Source of the DNA: an uncultured Actinomycetota bacterium
Lineage (GTDB): Bacteria; Actinomycetota; Actinomycetes; Propionibacteriales; Nocardioidaceae
Reading direction: 5' to 3'
Length of the DNA stretch: 64,000 nt
Assembly (NCBI GenBank): GCA_963784625.1
Contig: CAWARV010000003.1
Span: 280,518 to 344,517 of the forward strand
A model generated the notes under the pieces. The model was not told the origin of the DNA. It saw only the letters and a program-made list of their open reading frames with translations, and did not search any database. The translations under genes were made by a program, and so were the position numbers. Below are positions 46,111-55,803 of the stretch, one piece after another; the stretch's first letter is position 1; each line of letters begins with the position of its first letter.

Positions 46111-46312
46111 GTCGTTCTCCCTGAGACGAGAACACCCCCGTGATGGATCAGATCGTGTCCAGTCCTAGGCCGACCTCCGGCGGTCGTCAAGGCTGCTGGG
46201 CGCTTGTCGGGGTTTGTCCATGGCTTGTTTGTCTCAGACGTGCCGCAACGCGCCGTACCTCCCCGGGCAGACCCCGCGCGTGACCGGAGGAGTGTCCGGG
46301 CCGGTCTGACGG

Positions 46313-47125
46313 TCAGAGCCGCCAGAAGTCGTAGACGTCCCGGCCGGGACCGAACCCGGCCGCGACGGCCACGTCGACGGCGCTCGCGAACCGGGCACCG
46401 ACCCGACCCGGGCGGTGCGCGTCGCTGCCGAAGGACAGCGCCCGGCCACCCTCGTCGCGCCACCAGCCGACCAGGGTGGCCGACCACAGCGGGCTCCGGG
46501 TGTTCAGCTCCAGCACCCGTCCGGTCCCGGCCAGCGCCCGGAACACCGCGCGGTACCGCCCCTCGAAGTCGGTCTCCTCGAAGCGGCGGTGCTCCGGCCA
46601 GTTGCGGCGCGGGAAGTCCGCGTGCGCGAGCACCTCGAAGGCCGGGCTCGTCTCGACGAGCGTGACCAGCTCGTCCAGGTAGCGGTCCATCACCTCCGCC
46701 GGGTCCGTGTGCCAGAGCGAGTCGGCGTCCACCAGCACGCCGTCGTCGACCACCGCGTGCAGGGAGCCGAGCACCCGCTCGAACCGGCCGGCGGCCAGCA
46801 CCGCCGCCAGGCTGCCCGCGAACAGGTGCGGCTCCCCGGCCTCGATGCCGGCGACGACGCGCAGCCCGGGGAACCGCTGCCGGCACTCCTCGACCGCGGC
46901 CAGGTAGCCGGTGACGTCGAAGCGGCCCACCCCGGTGCGGTACCCGGGCGACACCTCCAGGCCGGGCCGGCCGTCGGCCGGGCCCCAGCGGCGGAAGTCG
47001 ACGTGCTCGGTGAACGCGACGGCGGGCAGCCCGACCTCGACGGCCCGGGCGCAGGTGTCCCCCATGGAGGCCCCGTGGGTGTCCCAGGACCACTCCGAGT
47101 GCACATGGTTGTCCGGCGGCAGCAT
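46313..47125 (-). CDS. PHP-domain phosphoesterase (histidinol-phosphatase-like)
   Basis: ORF 46313..47206. The probable start is MLPPDNHVHSEWSWD at 47125. The text ...FTEHVDF... and a C-terminal SFGSDAHRP are present. Confidence 0.7.
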   Translation of the reverse strand: MLPPDNHVHSEWSWDTHGASMGDTCARAVEVGLPAVAFTEHVDFRRWGPADGRPGLEVSPGYRTGVGRFDVTGYLAAVEECRQRFPGLRVVAGIEAGEPHLFAGSLAAVLAAGRFERVLGSLHAVVDDGVLVDADSLWHTDPAEVMDRYLDELVTLVETSPAFEVLAHADFPRRNWPEHRRFEETDFEGRYRAVFRALAGTGRVLELNTRSPLWSATLVGWWRDEGGRALSFGSDAHRPGRVGARFASAVDVAVAAGFGPGRDVYDFWRL

Positions 47126-47318
47126 CGGGTCATGCTCACACGGACCCCCGACCACGCGTCCGCCCGGTCCTCTCGAACCGGACAGTGCGAGGATGGGCTC
47201 ATGCATCCGAGGTGGGTCCGCTGGACCGTGATCGTGATCGCCGTGCTCCTCGCGCTGGGCCTCGCGCTCTCCGTCGTTCCGGCGGACGCAGCGGTTCCAG
47301 GACCCCGGTGACCCGTCG

Positions 47319-47855
47319 GTGGTCCCGGAGGGCTACCTGGTCCGAGACCTGAGCCTGGACGACGCGCCGGCACTGGCCGCGGCCTACCGTCGCAACCGCG
47401 AGCACCTCCTGCCATGGGAGCCGGACCGCGACGAGACCTGGTTCACCACCGACGGCCAGACGGCCGCGGTCACCGGACAGCTCGCGGCAGCCGGGCGCGG
47501 GCTGATGGCGAGCTGGGTGCTGGTGCACGAGGACCTGGTCGTGGGACGGGTGAACCTGAACAACATCGTGCGGGGCGTGCTCCGCAGCGCCAGCGTCGGC
47601 TACTGGGTCGACGCCCAGCACCTCGGCCGCGGGCTGGCCTCCGGCGCGGTCGAGCTGGTGTGCGCTCGGGCGCGGAGCCGAGGGTTGCACCGCGTCGAGG
47701 CGGGCACCCTGGTGCACAACGTCGCCTCCCAGCGGGTGCTGGAGAGCTGTGGCTTCACCTACTACGGGACGGCGCCGCAGTTCCTCTTCGTCGGCGGACG
47801 CTGGCAGGACCACCGTCTCTACCAGCGGATCCTGCACGATCAGCCGTTGCGGTAA
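47319..47855 (+). CDS. GNAT N-acetyltransferase (RimJ/RimL-like)
   Basis: 178-aa ORF reading VGYWVDAQHLGRGLASGAV...HRVEAGTLVHNVASQRVLESCGF. Confidence 0.75.
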   Translation: MVPEGYLVRDLSLDDAPALAAAYRRNREHLLPWEPDRDETWFTTDGQTAAVTGQLAAAGRGLMASWVLVHEDLVVGRVNLNNIVRGVLRSASVGYWVDAQHLGRGLASGAVELVCARARSRGLHRVEAGTLVHNVASQRVLESCGFTYYGTAPQFLFVGGRWQDHRLYQRILHDQPLR

Positions 47856-47953
47856 CCCGCCGCGGACGACCTCGGTGCGCATCACCTCGCGGAGCGGGTT
47901 CCTCGGGCATAATGCGAGCGACCCCACGTTCCAGCCGTCTCAGGAGACCAGCC

Positions 47954-49249
47954 GTGCCCCGCCTCTCGACGTACCTCAAGACCCAGGCACGGCGCCTGGT
48001 GCTCGCGCGCGTCGGCAGCGGCGGCATCGACCTCTCCCAGCTCGACCGGGTGCCGGAGACGCTCTCGTGGCCGTTGCAGCGCAACGGCGTCGACCCGGTC
48101 GAGCGGATCGGCGAGCTTCGCCGGACCGCGCCGATCACCAAGCTGACCTCCTTCCTCGGAATGACCGTCTGGGTGGTCACCGGCGACGCCGAGGCGCGAG
48201 CGGTGCTGGCCGACACGACCAGCTACAGCACCGACATCCGCCCCTTCATGGGACGACGCGGGTCGGCCACCGACGGCGACATCGGCGGGCTGGGCTTCAC
48301 CGACCCGCCGCAGCACACCGTGCTCCGCCGGCTGCTGACCCCCGAGTTCACGATGCGCAGGCTGGAGAGGCTGCGGCCGCGGATCGCGGCGATCGTGGAG
48401 GAGCAGCTCGACGGACTCGAACGACACGCGGACGACGGTGGCACGGTCGACCTCGTGTCCACCTTCGCGTTCCCGGTGCCGTTCCTGGTCATCTGTGAGC
48501 TGCTCGGTCTGCCCGACGAGGACCGGGACACGTTCCGCGAGCTCGGGTCGGCGCGCTTCGACGTCTCGTACGGCGGCCAGGGCACCTTCGGGGCGGTGTC
48601 CGACTCGCGCAGGTTCCTGATGGAGGCCACCCGCAGGCAGCGTGCCCACCCCGGGGACGGCCTGATCGGACAGATCATCCGGGAGCACGGCGACGAGATC
48701 AACGACTTCGACCTGGCCGGCCTCGCCGACGGGGTGTTCACCGGCGGCCTGGAGACGAGCGCGAGCATGCTCGCCCTCGGCACCGCGGTGCTGCTCGACC
48801 ACCCCGAGGACTACCGGGCGGTCGCCAGCGACCCGACCGCCGTGGACCGCACCGTCGAGGAGCTGCTCCGCTACCTCACCGTGGTGCAGATCGCGTTCCC
48901 CCGGTTCCCCAAGCACGACGTGGAGATCGCCGGCGTCACCGTCGCCCCGGGCGACGTGGTGATCTGCCAGCTCGCCGGCGCCAACCGTGACGAGCGGGTC
49001 GGCGAGGGGCTGGAGTCCTTCGACGCCGGACGGCGACCCGGTCCGCACCTGGCGTTCGGGCACGGCTTCCACCGCTGTGTCGGCGCGGAGCTGGCCCGGA
49101 TGGAGCTGCGGGCGGCGTTCCCCGCGCTGGCGCGCCGCTTCCCGGACCTGGCCGTCGCCATCGACGAGCTGGACTACCGGCAGCGTTCGATCGTCTACGG
49201 GCTGGAGTCGCTGCCGGTGCGGCTGCACCACGAGTCCGTGCTCCACTGA
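47954..49249 (+). CDS. Cytochrome P450
   Basis: The GTG at 47954 follows a caggag RBS and is in frame with ORF 47414..49249. The text reads EELLRY (ExxR) and the heme loop is FGHGFHRCVGAELAR. Confidence 0.88.
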   Translation: MPRLSTYLKTQARRLVLARVGSGGIDLSQLDRVPETLSWPLQRNGVDPVERIGELRRTAPITKLTSFLGMTVWVVTGDAEARAVLADTTSYSTDIRPFMGRRGSATDGDIGGLGFTDPPQHTVLRRLLTPEFTMRRLERLRPRIAAIVEEQLDGLERHADDGGTVDLVSTFAFPVPFLVICELLGLPDEDRDTFRELGSARFDVSYGGQGTFGAVSDSRRFLMEATRRQRAHPGDGLIGQIIREHGDEINDFDLAGLADGVFTGGLETSASMLALGTAVLLDHPEDYRAVASDPTAVDRTVEELLRYLTVVQIAFPRFPKHDVEIAGVTVAPGDVVICQLAGANRDERVGEGLESFDAGRRPGPHLAFGHGFHRCVGAELARMELRAAFPALARRFPDLAVAIDELDYRQRSIVYGLESLPVRLHHESVLH

Positions 49250-49261
49250 CCCGCTCCGGGA

Positions 49262-50501
49262 TCAGTCCGCGGCGCCCCGCTGCTCCTCCGGCGACAGCGG
49301 CCTGGCCGCCACCGGTTCGATGCGGTCGCCGAGACCGTCGGGCTCCTCGGCGAAGGCGGCCAGGTTGGCCGGCTCGTACCACTCCCGCGGCTGCCACACC
49401 CGGCCCGCCTGCCGTTGCTGACCACCGTGGTCGGCGCGGTCCACGCGGAAGTGCGCGGCGGCTGACGACGCGACCCGGACGCCGAGACCGCTGGGGTAGC
49501 CCAGGATCCGCTGGCTCCCGGCGAAGTGCCGCCGCTCCGGTGCCGGAGGCCGGACGGTGGCGCGCGCTCGGGCCAGCACGTTGAGCACCCGGTACATGGG
49601 CGTCATCGAGTCGTGCCGGATGGCTGCCGAGCCCGCGTCGAGATAGAGCCGCAGCAGGTCCTCGTCGAAGGCCAGACCCTTCTCGCGCGCCTGCGCGACC
49701 ATCCAGTCCAGGGCGGTGTCGGACAGCCCGCAGTCGCCGTACCCGCCTCCGACGTCGGAGTGCGAGCCCTCGAACCACACCTGCCGTACGTCGCGAGCCG
49801 CTTCGCCGGCCGGGAGGGCCGCCTCTCCCTCCGCCGGCTCTCCGCGCCCCTCCCACAGGGTGGGCTCGAACTTCATCCGGTGCTCGTCGATGGCCAGTGC
49901 CTGACGGGCGCACACCACGGTGCTGCCCAGCTCGACGTCGTGGAACTGGTGACCGCGCCGGAACGCGCCGGGGACCCCCAGGGCGCCGACCGTGTCGAAG
50001 ACGCCGAGGAAGTCGACCCGGAGGTCGGGATGTCCGTGCACCTGCTTGAAGCGCTCGTCGCTGACGCCGTGGAACGAGTGCCGGTCGGGACGGGTGCGCC
50101 GGTAGCGCCGCACCGCCTCGGGCAGGTGGTCGGAGATCAGTGCCTCGCGCGTGAGCAGCCCGACGCGGCCGATCATGCCGACCAGGCTGCGCGCGGTGTA
50201 CGCGCCGCGGCTGAAGCCGAACACGAAGATCTCGTCACCGGGATCGTAGTTGAGCGCCAGGTAGCGGTAGCCGGAGCGCACGTTGTCGAAGAGGCCGAAG
50301 CCGAAGGCACCGCCGACGAGCCGGTCCAGCGCGTAGCCACCGGTGCCGACGCCGCTGAGGTAGAGCACCATCTGCTGGGCCGGTCGGATCCCCGTCGATG
50401 GGGTCGGTCTCGATGGTCCGGGCGATCTTCTCGATGTTCGTGACGTGCGCGTTGTCCGGGCGGTTCCAGGTGCCGTCGCAGCAGATGACCAGGCGCTTCA
50501 T
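49262..50501 (-). pseudogene. DUF2235 (Tle1-like alpha/beta hydrolase) protein, frame-disrupted as assembled (+1 near 50380)
   Basis: The N-terminus MKRLVICCDGTWNRPDN lies in ORF 50235..50669, with M at 50501. The remainder, QQMVLYLSGVGTG...FGFSRGAYTARSL...GVFDTVGALG, lies in ORF 49262..50371. Length is 3n+1. Confidence 0.75.
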
Positions 50502-50550
50502 TCGCCGATGCTTCCACGCACGGCAGCCGCTGTCACCACCAGCGAAGGCG

Positions 50551-51708
50551 TCACAGGCCGAGGGACCGGCCGATGATCTCCTTCTGGATCTCGGTGGTGC
50601 CGCCGTAGATGGTCTGCACCCGGCTGTCGAGGAACGCCCGCGCGATCGGGTACTCGCGCATGTAGCCATACCCCCCGAAGAGCTGCACGCCCTGGTCGAC
50701 GATGCGCTTCTGCAGCTCGGTGGTCCACCACTTCGCCATCGACGCGAGAGCGGTGTCGAGCACGCCGTCGTTGTGCCGCTTCACGCAGTCGTCGACGAAG
50801 ACGCGGCACACGTGCGTCTCGGTCGCCATCTCCGCGAGCACGAAGCGGGTGTGCTGGAAGGAGCCGATCGGCCGGCCGAACGCCTTGCGCTGCTTCGCAT
50901 GATCCAGGCACATCTCGAGGACCACCTCGCAGGCGGCCGCCGCGGTCGTCGCGATGGAGAGCCGCTCCTGCGGCAGGTTCGCCATCAGGGAGAGGAACCC
51001 GCTGCCCTCCTCGCCGAGCAGGTTCTCCTTCGGCACCACGACGTCGTCGAAGAAGAGCTCCGAGGTGTCCTGCGCTGGCAGCCCGACCTTGTCCAGCTTG
51101 CGCCCGCGCTCGAACCCCGGCATGCCCCGCTCCACCACCAGCAGGCTGATCCCGCGGTGGCCCAGCCCGCCGACGGTCCCGGTGTCGGTGCGGGCCACCA
51201 CGATCACCAGGTCGGCCAGCGTGCCGTTGCTGATGAAGGTCTTGGAGCCGTTCAGCACGTAGTGGTCGCCTTTGTCGACCGCGTGCGTGCGGATCCCCTG
51301 CAGGTCGCTGCCGGCGTCCGGCTCGGTCATCGCGATGGCGGTCACGATCTCCCCGCGCACGCACCCGGGCAGCCAGCGACGTCGCTGCTCCTCGGTCCCC
51401 AGGCTGCTCAGGTACGGGACGATCACGTCGGTGTGCACCGGGAAACCGGGGCCGTGCGCCCCCGCCCGGGTGAGCTCCTCGGCGAGCACCATGTGGTAGC
51501 GGAAGTCGCGGACGCCGGCGCCGCCGTACTCCTCCGGGACGTCGAAGCACAGCAGCCCCTGCGCCCCGGCGCGGGTCCACACCTCGCGGCTGACCTGGCC
51601 GTCGGCCTCCCACTGCTCGTGGTGCGGGGTGACCTCGCGCTCGATGAAGGCGCGCACCGTCCGCCGGAACGCCTCGTGCTCGTCGGTGAGGAGCGCCCGG
51701 CCGCCCAT
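50551..51708 (-). CDS. Acyl-CoA dehydrogenase
   Basis: 385 aa from the ATG at 51708, inside ORF 50551..52446. The text reads AMTEPDAGSD, and ends ...GGYGYMREYP...IYGGTTEIQKEII. Confidence 0.9.
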   Translation of the reverse strand: MGGRALLTDEHEAFRRTVRAFIEREVTPHHEQWEADGQVSREVWTRAGAQGLLCFDVPEEYGGAGVRDFRYHMVLAEELTRAGAHGPGFPVHTDVIVPYLSSLGTEEQRRRWLPGCVRGEIVTAIAMTEPDAGSDLQGIRTHAVDKGDHYVLNGSKTFISNGTLADLVIVVARTDTGTVGGLGHRGISLLVVERGMPGFERGRKLDKVGLPAQDTSELFFDDVVVPKENLLGEEGSGFLSLMANLPQERLSIATTAAAACEVVLEMCLDHAKQRKAFGRPIGSFQHTRFVLAEMATETHVCRVFVDDCVKRHNDGVLDTALASMAKWWTTELQKRIVDQGVQLFGGYGYMREYPIARAFLDSRVQTIYGGTTEIQKEIIGRSLGL

Positions 51709-52748
51709 CAGGACACCCACTCCTTGAGCTGCGAGACCAGGGCGGCCGGGTCGCCGCCGTCGGCGGGCACCGGGGTGACCTGGAGATTGGTGACGCCGGC
51801 CTCGCGGAAGGCCGCGATCCGCTCCTTGACGTGGGAGGCGGGGCCGACCAGGTTGCACATCTCGAGCAGCTCGGTGGGGACGACGGCCTCGGCGTCGCGC
51901 TTGTTGCCGCCGAGGTACATCTCCTGGATCTGGGCGGCCTCCTTCTCGAAGCCGTACTCGCACGCGAGGGTGTTGTAGAAGTTCCTGCCCTTGGCGCCCA
52001 TCCCGCCGACGTAGAGGGCCACCGTCGGCCGCGCCAGGTCCAACATCGCCTTGACGTCGTCGCCGACGCACACCATGCCGCCCGCGACCACCTCGAGCGG
52101 GCCGAGCGCCTCGGGGCGCTTGGCGGTCCCACGGTCGAGCGCCGCACCCCAGACGTCCGCCGCCTTCTCGGGGGCGAACATGAACGGCAGCCACCCGTCG
52201 GCGTACTCGGCCGTGCCCTCGACGTTCTTCTGGCCCAGCGCCGCGACGTAGAGCGGGACGACCGGGCGCTCGGGCCGGGTGAGCATCTTCAGCGGCTTGC
52301 CGAGGCCGGTGCCCTGGCCGGCGGGCAGCGGCAGCTGGAAGATGGCACCGTCGTACTCGAGCCGCTCCCGACGCAGTGCCATCCGCACGATCTCGACGAC
52401 CTCCCGGGTGCGCCCGAGCGGCTTGTCGTAGGCGAGACCGTGCCACCCCTCGATCACCTGCGGCCCGGACGCGCCGAGACCGAGGATGGCGCGACCGCCG
52501 CTGACGTTGTCGAGCCCCGCCGCGGTCTGGGCGAGCGCTCCGGGGGTGCGCGAGTAGACGTTCAGGATCGCCGCCCCGATCTCGACGGTGTCGGTCTTCG
52601 CGGCCAGGTAGCCCATCAGCGTGGGCGAGTCGAAGCCGTAGGCCTCGGCCACCCAGACCGTGTCGAGGCCGGCCTTCTCCAAGGCGACCACCTGGTCGGC
52701 GGCGGACCGTGGGTTGCCGGAGTAGTTGAGCTGGGTGGAGAGCTTCAT
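51708..52748 (-). CDS. LLM-class F420-dependent oxidoreductase
   Basis: ORF 51708..52760. The start at MKLSTQL (52748) follows an AAGG RBS. The text reads VWVAEAYGFD...LGLGASGPQVIEGWHG. The stop overlaps the start of the acyl-CoA dehydrogenase gene. Confidence 0.8.
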   Translation of the reverse strand: MKLSTQLNYSGNPRSAADQVVALEKAGLDTVWVAEAYGFDSPTLMGYLAAKTDTVEIGAAILNVYSRTPGALAQTAAGLDNVSGGRAILGLGASGPQVIEGWHGLAYDKPLGRTREVVEIVRMALRRERLEYDGAIFQLPLPAGQGTGLGKPLKMLTRPERPVVPLYVAALGQKNVEGTAEYADGWLPFMFAPEKAADVWGAALDRGTAKRPEALGPLEVVAGGMVCVGDDVKAMLDLARPTVALYVGGMGAKGRNFYNTLACEYGFEKEAAQIQEMYLGGNKRDAEAVVPTELLEMCNLVGPASHVKERIAAFREAGVTNLQVTPVPADGGDPAALVSQLKEWVS

Positions 52749-52953
52749 GGGGACCTTCACTGCTCGTCTCGGCTGCCGACGGACCGGGGTCCGGCGCTGG
52801 TGGTCACTACCGTGACAGTAGCGCTGTCAGTCTTTCAAGGCCCCGCCCGTCCAGCGGGGCGGCGAGGCGCGGGTGCCGGTTCGCCGGTCACGCTTCACGA
52901 GCCGTCCACCTCCCGGTGGGGGACCCGACACGTCGACTGGTCACCGTCGGGGC

Positions 52954-53970
52954 ATGAACGGTCTCGCACCTGTCGTCATCGCCCACCGCGGTGCCTCCGG
53001 CTACCGTCCCGAGCACACCCTCGCCGCCTACCGCCTCGCGATCGAGATGGGTGCCGACTACATCGAGCCGGACCTCGTGCTCACCCGCGACGGGGTCCTG
53101 GTGGCCCGCCACGAGAACGAGATCGGTGGCACCACCGACGTGGCCGAGCACCGTGAGCTCGCGCGACGGCGCACCACCAAGACGATCGACGGGCGCCAGG
53201 TGACGGGCTGGTTCACCGAGGACCTCACCCTCGCCGAGCTCAAGACCCTGCGCGCCAAGGAGCGGCTGCCGCAGGTCCGCCCCGCGAACACCTGGTACGA
53301 CGGCCACTTCGAGATCCCCACCTTCGACGAGATCCTCGAGCTCGCCGAGCAGGCCGGCCGCCGGCGGGGGGTCACGGTTGGCGTGTACCCGGAGACCAAG
53401 CACCCCACGTACTTCGACTCGCTCGGGCTCTCGCACCACGAGCCCCTGCTCGCCGCGCTGCGACGTCACCACCTGGACCGTCCCAACGCTCCGGTGCTGG
53501 TGCAGTCCTTCGAGACCGGCAACCTGCGGCGGCTCGCCGCGACGGCCTCGGTCCCGCTCGTGCAGCTCGTCGAGGCCGGCAGGGCGCCGTACGACCTGGA
53601 GCTGGCCGGCGACCCGCGCGGCTACGCCGACCTGCTCACCCCGGCCGGCCTTCGCGAGGTGGCGAGCTACGCGTCGGCGGTGGGTCTGCACAAGAACCTG
53701 GTGCTGCCGCGGGGGGCCCGCCTCGTCGAGGCGGCCCACCGCGCCGGGCTCCGCGTGCACGTCTGGACGGTCCGCGACGAGAACCGGTTCCTCGCCGAGG
53801 CCTACCGCGTCGGCACCGACCCCGACGCCCGCGGTGACTCGGTCGCCCAGATCCGGGCGCTGCTCGACGCCGGGGTGGACGGGCTGTTCACCGACCAGAC
53901 CGACACCGCGGTCGAGGCCCGGCGGCAGTGGCTGGAGAGCCGGGTCCGCCAGGGCGCCGGGATCCGCTGA
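52954..53970 (+). CDS. glpQ: Glycerophosphodiester phosphodiesterase
   Basis: The ATG at 52954 is in frame with ORF 52873..53970. The text reads VIAHRGASGYRPEHT..AY...GADYIEPDLV. Confidence 0.85.
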   Translation: MNGLAPVVIAHRGASGYRPEHTLAAYRLAIEMGADYIEPDLVLTRDGVLVARHENEIGGTTDVAEHRELARRRTTKTIDGRQVTGWFTEDLTLAELKTLRAKERLPQVRPANTWYDGHFEIPTFDEILELAEQAGRRRGVTVGVYPETKHPTYFDSLGLSHHEPLLAALRRHHLDRPNAPVLVQSFETGNLRRLAATASVPLVQLVEAGRAPYDLELAGDPRGYADLLTPAGLREVASYASAVGLHKNLVLPRGARLVEAAHRAGLRVHVWTVRDENRFLAEAYRVGTDPDARGDSVAQIRALLDAGVDGLFTDQTDTAVEARRQWLESRVRQGAGIR

Positions 53971-54050
53971 GCCCGTCCGGGGAGCCCGGGTCACCGGACG
54001 GCAACCTGACCGACCTCCGGACGTCGACGCGCCCCGCCTACCATCGGGGC

Positions 54051-55496
54051 ATGGAACAGCCGCACGTGGTCGTGCTCTTCGGGGCGACGGGGGACCTGGC
54101 CCGCCGCAAGCTGCTACCGGGCCTGCTGCACCTGTTCGAGGCGGGTCTGCTGCAGGACTGCCGCATCGTCGGCACCTCGCTGGACGACCTCGACAGCGAG
54201 CAGTTCGTGAAGTTCTGCCGCGCGGCGGTCGACGAGTTCAGCCGACCCTTCGACGAGGGGATCTGGGAGGACTTCGCGGGCCGGATGTCGTTCGTCCGGC
54301 AGCAGGACGGCCCCGCGGCCCTCGCCGAGGAGGTCGCATCCGCGGAGGCCACGCTGGCCCGCGAGTCCGACGTCGAGGTGGGCCGGCTGCACTACCTCAG
54401 CGTCCCGCCGAAGGCGGCCCTGGCGGTCGTCCAGCAGCTCGCCGAGGCGGACCTCGTGGACCGCTCCCGGATCATCATGGAGAAGCCGTTCGGGACCGAC
54501 CTCCGGTCCGCGCAGAGACTGAACGCGCGGCTGCACGAGGTGTTCGCCGAGGAGCAGATCTTCCGCATCGACCACTTCCTCGGCAAGGAGGCCGCCCAGA
54601 ACATCCTGGCGTTCCGCTTCGCCAACGGGCTGTTCGAGCCGATCTGGAACCGCAACTTCATCGACCACGTGCAGATCGACGTTCCCGAGACCCTCGGCCT
54701 GGAGATGCGGGCCTCCTTCTACGAGTCCACCGGCGCGTTCCGCGACATGGTCGTGACGCACCTGATGCAGGTGCTGGCGTTCATGGCGATGGAGCCGCCG
54801 ACGTCCCTGGCCCCGGGCCCGATCAGCGACGAGAAGCTCAAGGTGTTCCGGTCGATGCGGCCGCTCGAGCCGCACAACGTGGTCCGCGGGCAGTACCACG
54901 GCTACCGGGACCACGACGAGGTGGCCGACGACTCCGACACCGAGACGTTCGTGGCGCTGAAGGTGGAGATCGACAACTGGCGCTGGGCGGGGGTGCCGTT
55001 CTTCCTGCGCACCGGCAAGAAGCTGGCCGACGGCGCACGGATCATCTCGATCGCGTTCAAGGAGCCGCCCCGCACGATGTTCCCCCAGGGCTCGGGCGTC
55101 GGGGCGGCGGGACCGGACCACCTGACCTTCGACCTGGCCGACCAGTCCCGGATGTCGCTGTCCTTCTACGGCAAGCGCCCCGGCCCGGGGATGAAGCTCG
55201 AGAAGCTGTCGATGCAGTTCGCGACCCACGAGACCGGCAGCTCGAAGTCCGTGCTCGAGGCCTACGAGCGGCTGATCCACGACGCGATGCGCGGGGACCA
55301 CACCCTGTTCACCACCGCGGAGGGCATCGAGCAGCTCTGGGACGTCGCCCACCAGCTGATCGCGGACCCGCCTCCCGTGCGGGGCTACTCGCCGGGCGGC
55401 TGGGGGCCGAACGCGATCCACCAGCTGATCGCGCCGCACGCGTGGCGGCTGCCGTTCGAGCGCAGCTGGCGCCGTCCCAACGAGACCGCGCAGTGA
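54051..55496 (+). CDS. zwf: Glucose-6-phosphate 1-dehydrogenase
   Basis: The ATG at 54051 is in frame with ORF 53928..55496. The text reads FGATGDLARRKL, RIDHFLGKE. No opcA gene lies adjacent. Confidence 0.9.
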   Translation: MEQPHVVVLFGATGDLARRKLLPGLLHLFEAGLLQDCRIVGTSLDDLDSEQFVKFCRAAVDEFSRPFDEGIWEDFAGRMSFVRQQDGPAALAEEVASAEATLARESDVEVGRLHYLSVPPKAALAVVQQLAEADLVDRSRIIMEKPFGTDLRSAQRLNARLHEVFAEEQIFRIDHFLGKEAAQNILAFRFANGLFEPIWNRNFIDHVQIDVPETLGLEMRASFYESTGAFRDMVVTHLMQVLAFMAMEPPTSLAPGPISDEKLKVFRSMRPLEPHNVVRGQYHGYRDHDEVADDSDTETFVALKVEIDNWRWAGVPFFLRTGKKLADGARIISIAFKEPPRTMFPQGSGVGAAGPDHLTFDLADQSRMSLSFYGKRPGPGMKLEKLSMQFATHETGSSKSVLEAYERLIHDAMRGDHTLFTTAEGIEQLWDVAHQLIADPPPVRGYSPGGWGPNAIHQLIAPHAWRLPFERSWRRPNETAQ

Positions 55497-55524
55497 CCCC
55501 GCCCCGTCCGGGGACGGGGCGGGG
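55497..55524. terminator. Perfect GC hairpin between convergent zwf and pspC
   Basis: The stem is ccccgccccgt / acggggcgggg (11 bp) with the loop ccgggg, immediately after the zwf stop. Confidence 0.55.
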
Positions 55525-55596
55525 CGGGACCGGTCACTCGGGCGGGACCGGTCACTCGGGCGGGACCGGTCACTCGGGCGGGACCGGTCGCTCGAG
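55525..55596. repeat. 18-nt tandem repeat x4 (cgggaccggtcactcggg) overlapping the 3' end and stop codon of pspC
   Basis: There are three identical copies and one variant (cgggaccggtcgctcgag). Each unit contains the 8-bp palindrome gaccggtc. Confidence 0.8.
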
Positions 55597-55803
55597 GGGG
55601 ATCAGCACCCACGCCGCGACGTAGGCGACGACCAGCGACCCGAGGCCGAGGACCGTGCCGAGCACGACCAGCAGCCGGACCAGGGTGACGTCGACCCCGG
55701 CGTACGCGGCGATCCCTCCGCAGACACCGCCCAGCCACCGGTCGTCGTAGCTGCGGACCAGCCGCCGGGCGGTGGGGCGCTGGTCCGGGTACGGGTAGCT
55801 CAT
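55570..55803 (-). CDS. PspC-domain membrane protein
   Basis: 77-aa ORF reading RLVRSYDDRWLGGVCGGIAAYAGVDVTLVRLLVVL. Confidence 0.8.
   Translation of the reverse strand: MSYPYPDQRPTARRLVRSYDDRWLGGVCGGIAAYAGVDVTLVRLLVVLGTVLGLGSLVVAYVAAWVLIPLERPVPPE

Noticed and set aside
47201-47311. A 36-codon ORF (MHPRWVRWTVIVIAVLLALGLALSVVPADAAVPGPR) just upstream of the RimJ-like GNAT gene.
   Set aside because: A single hydrophobic helix in a GC-rich genome is weak evidence. The ORF overlaps the alternative long start of the divergent PHP gene, and I saw no RBS. It would need a conservation test before being called.
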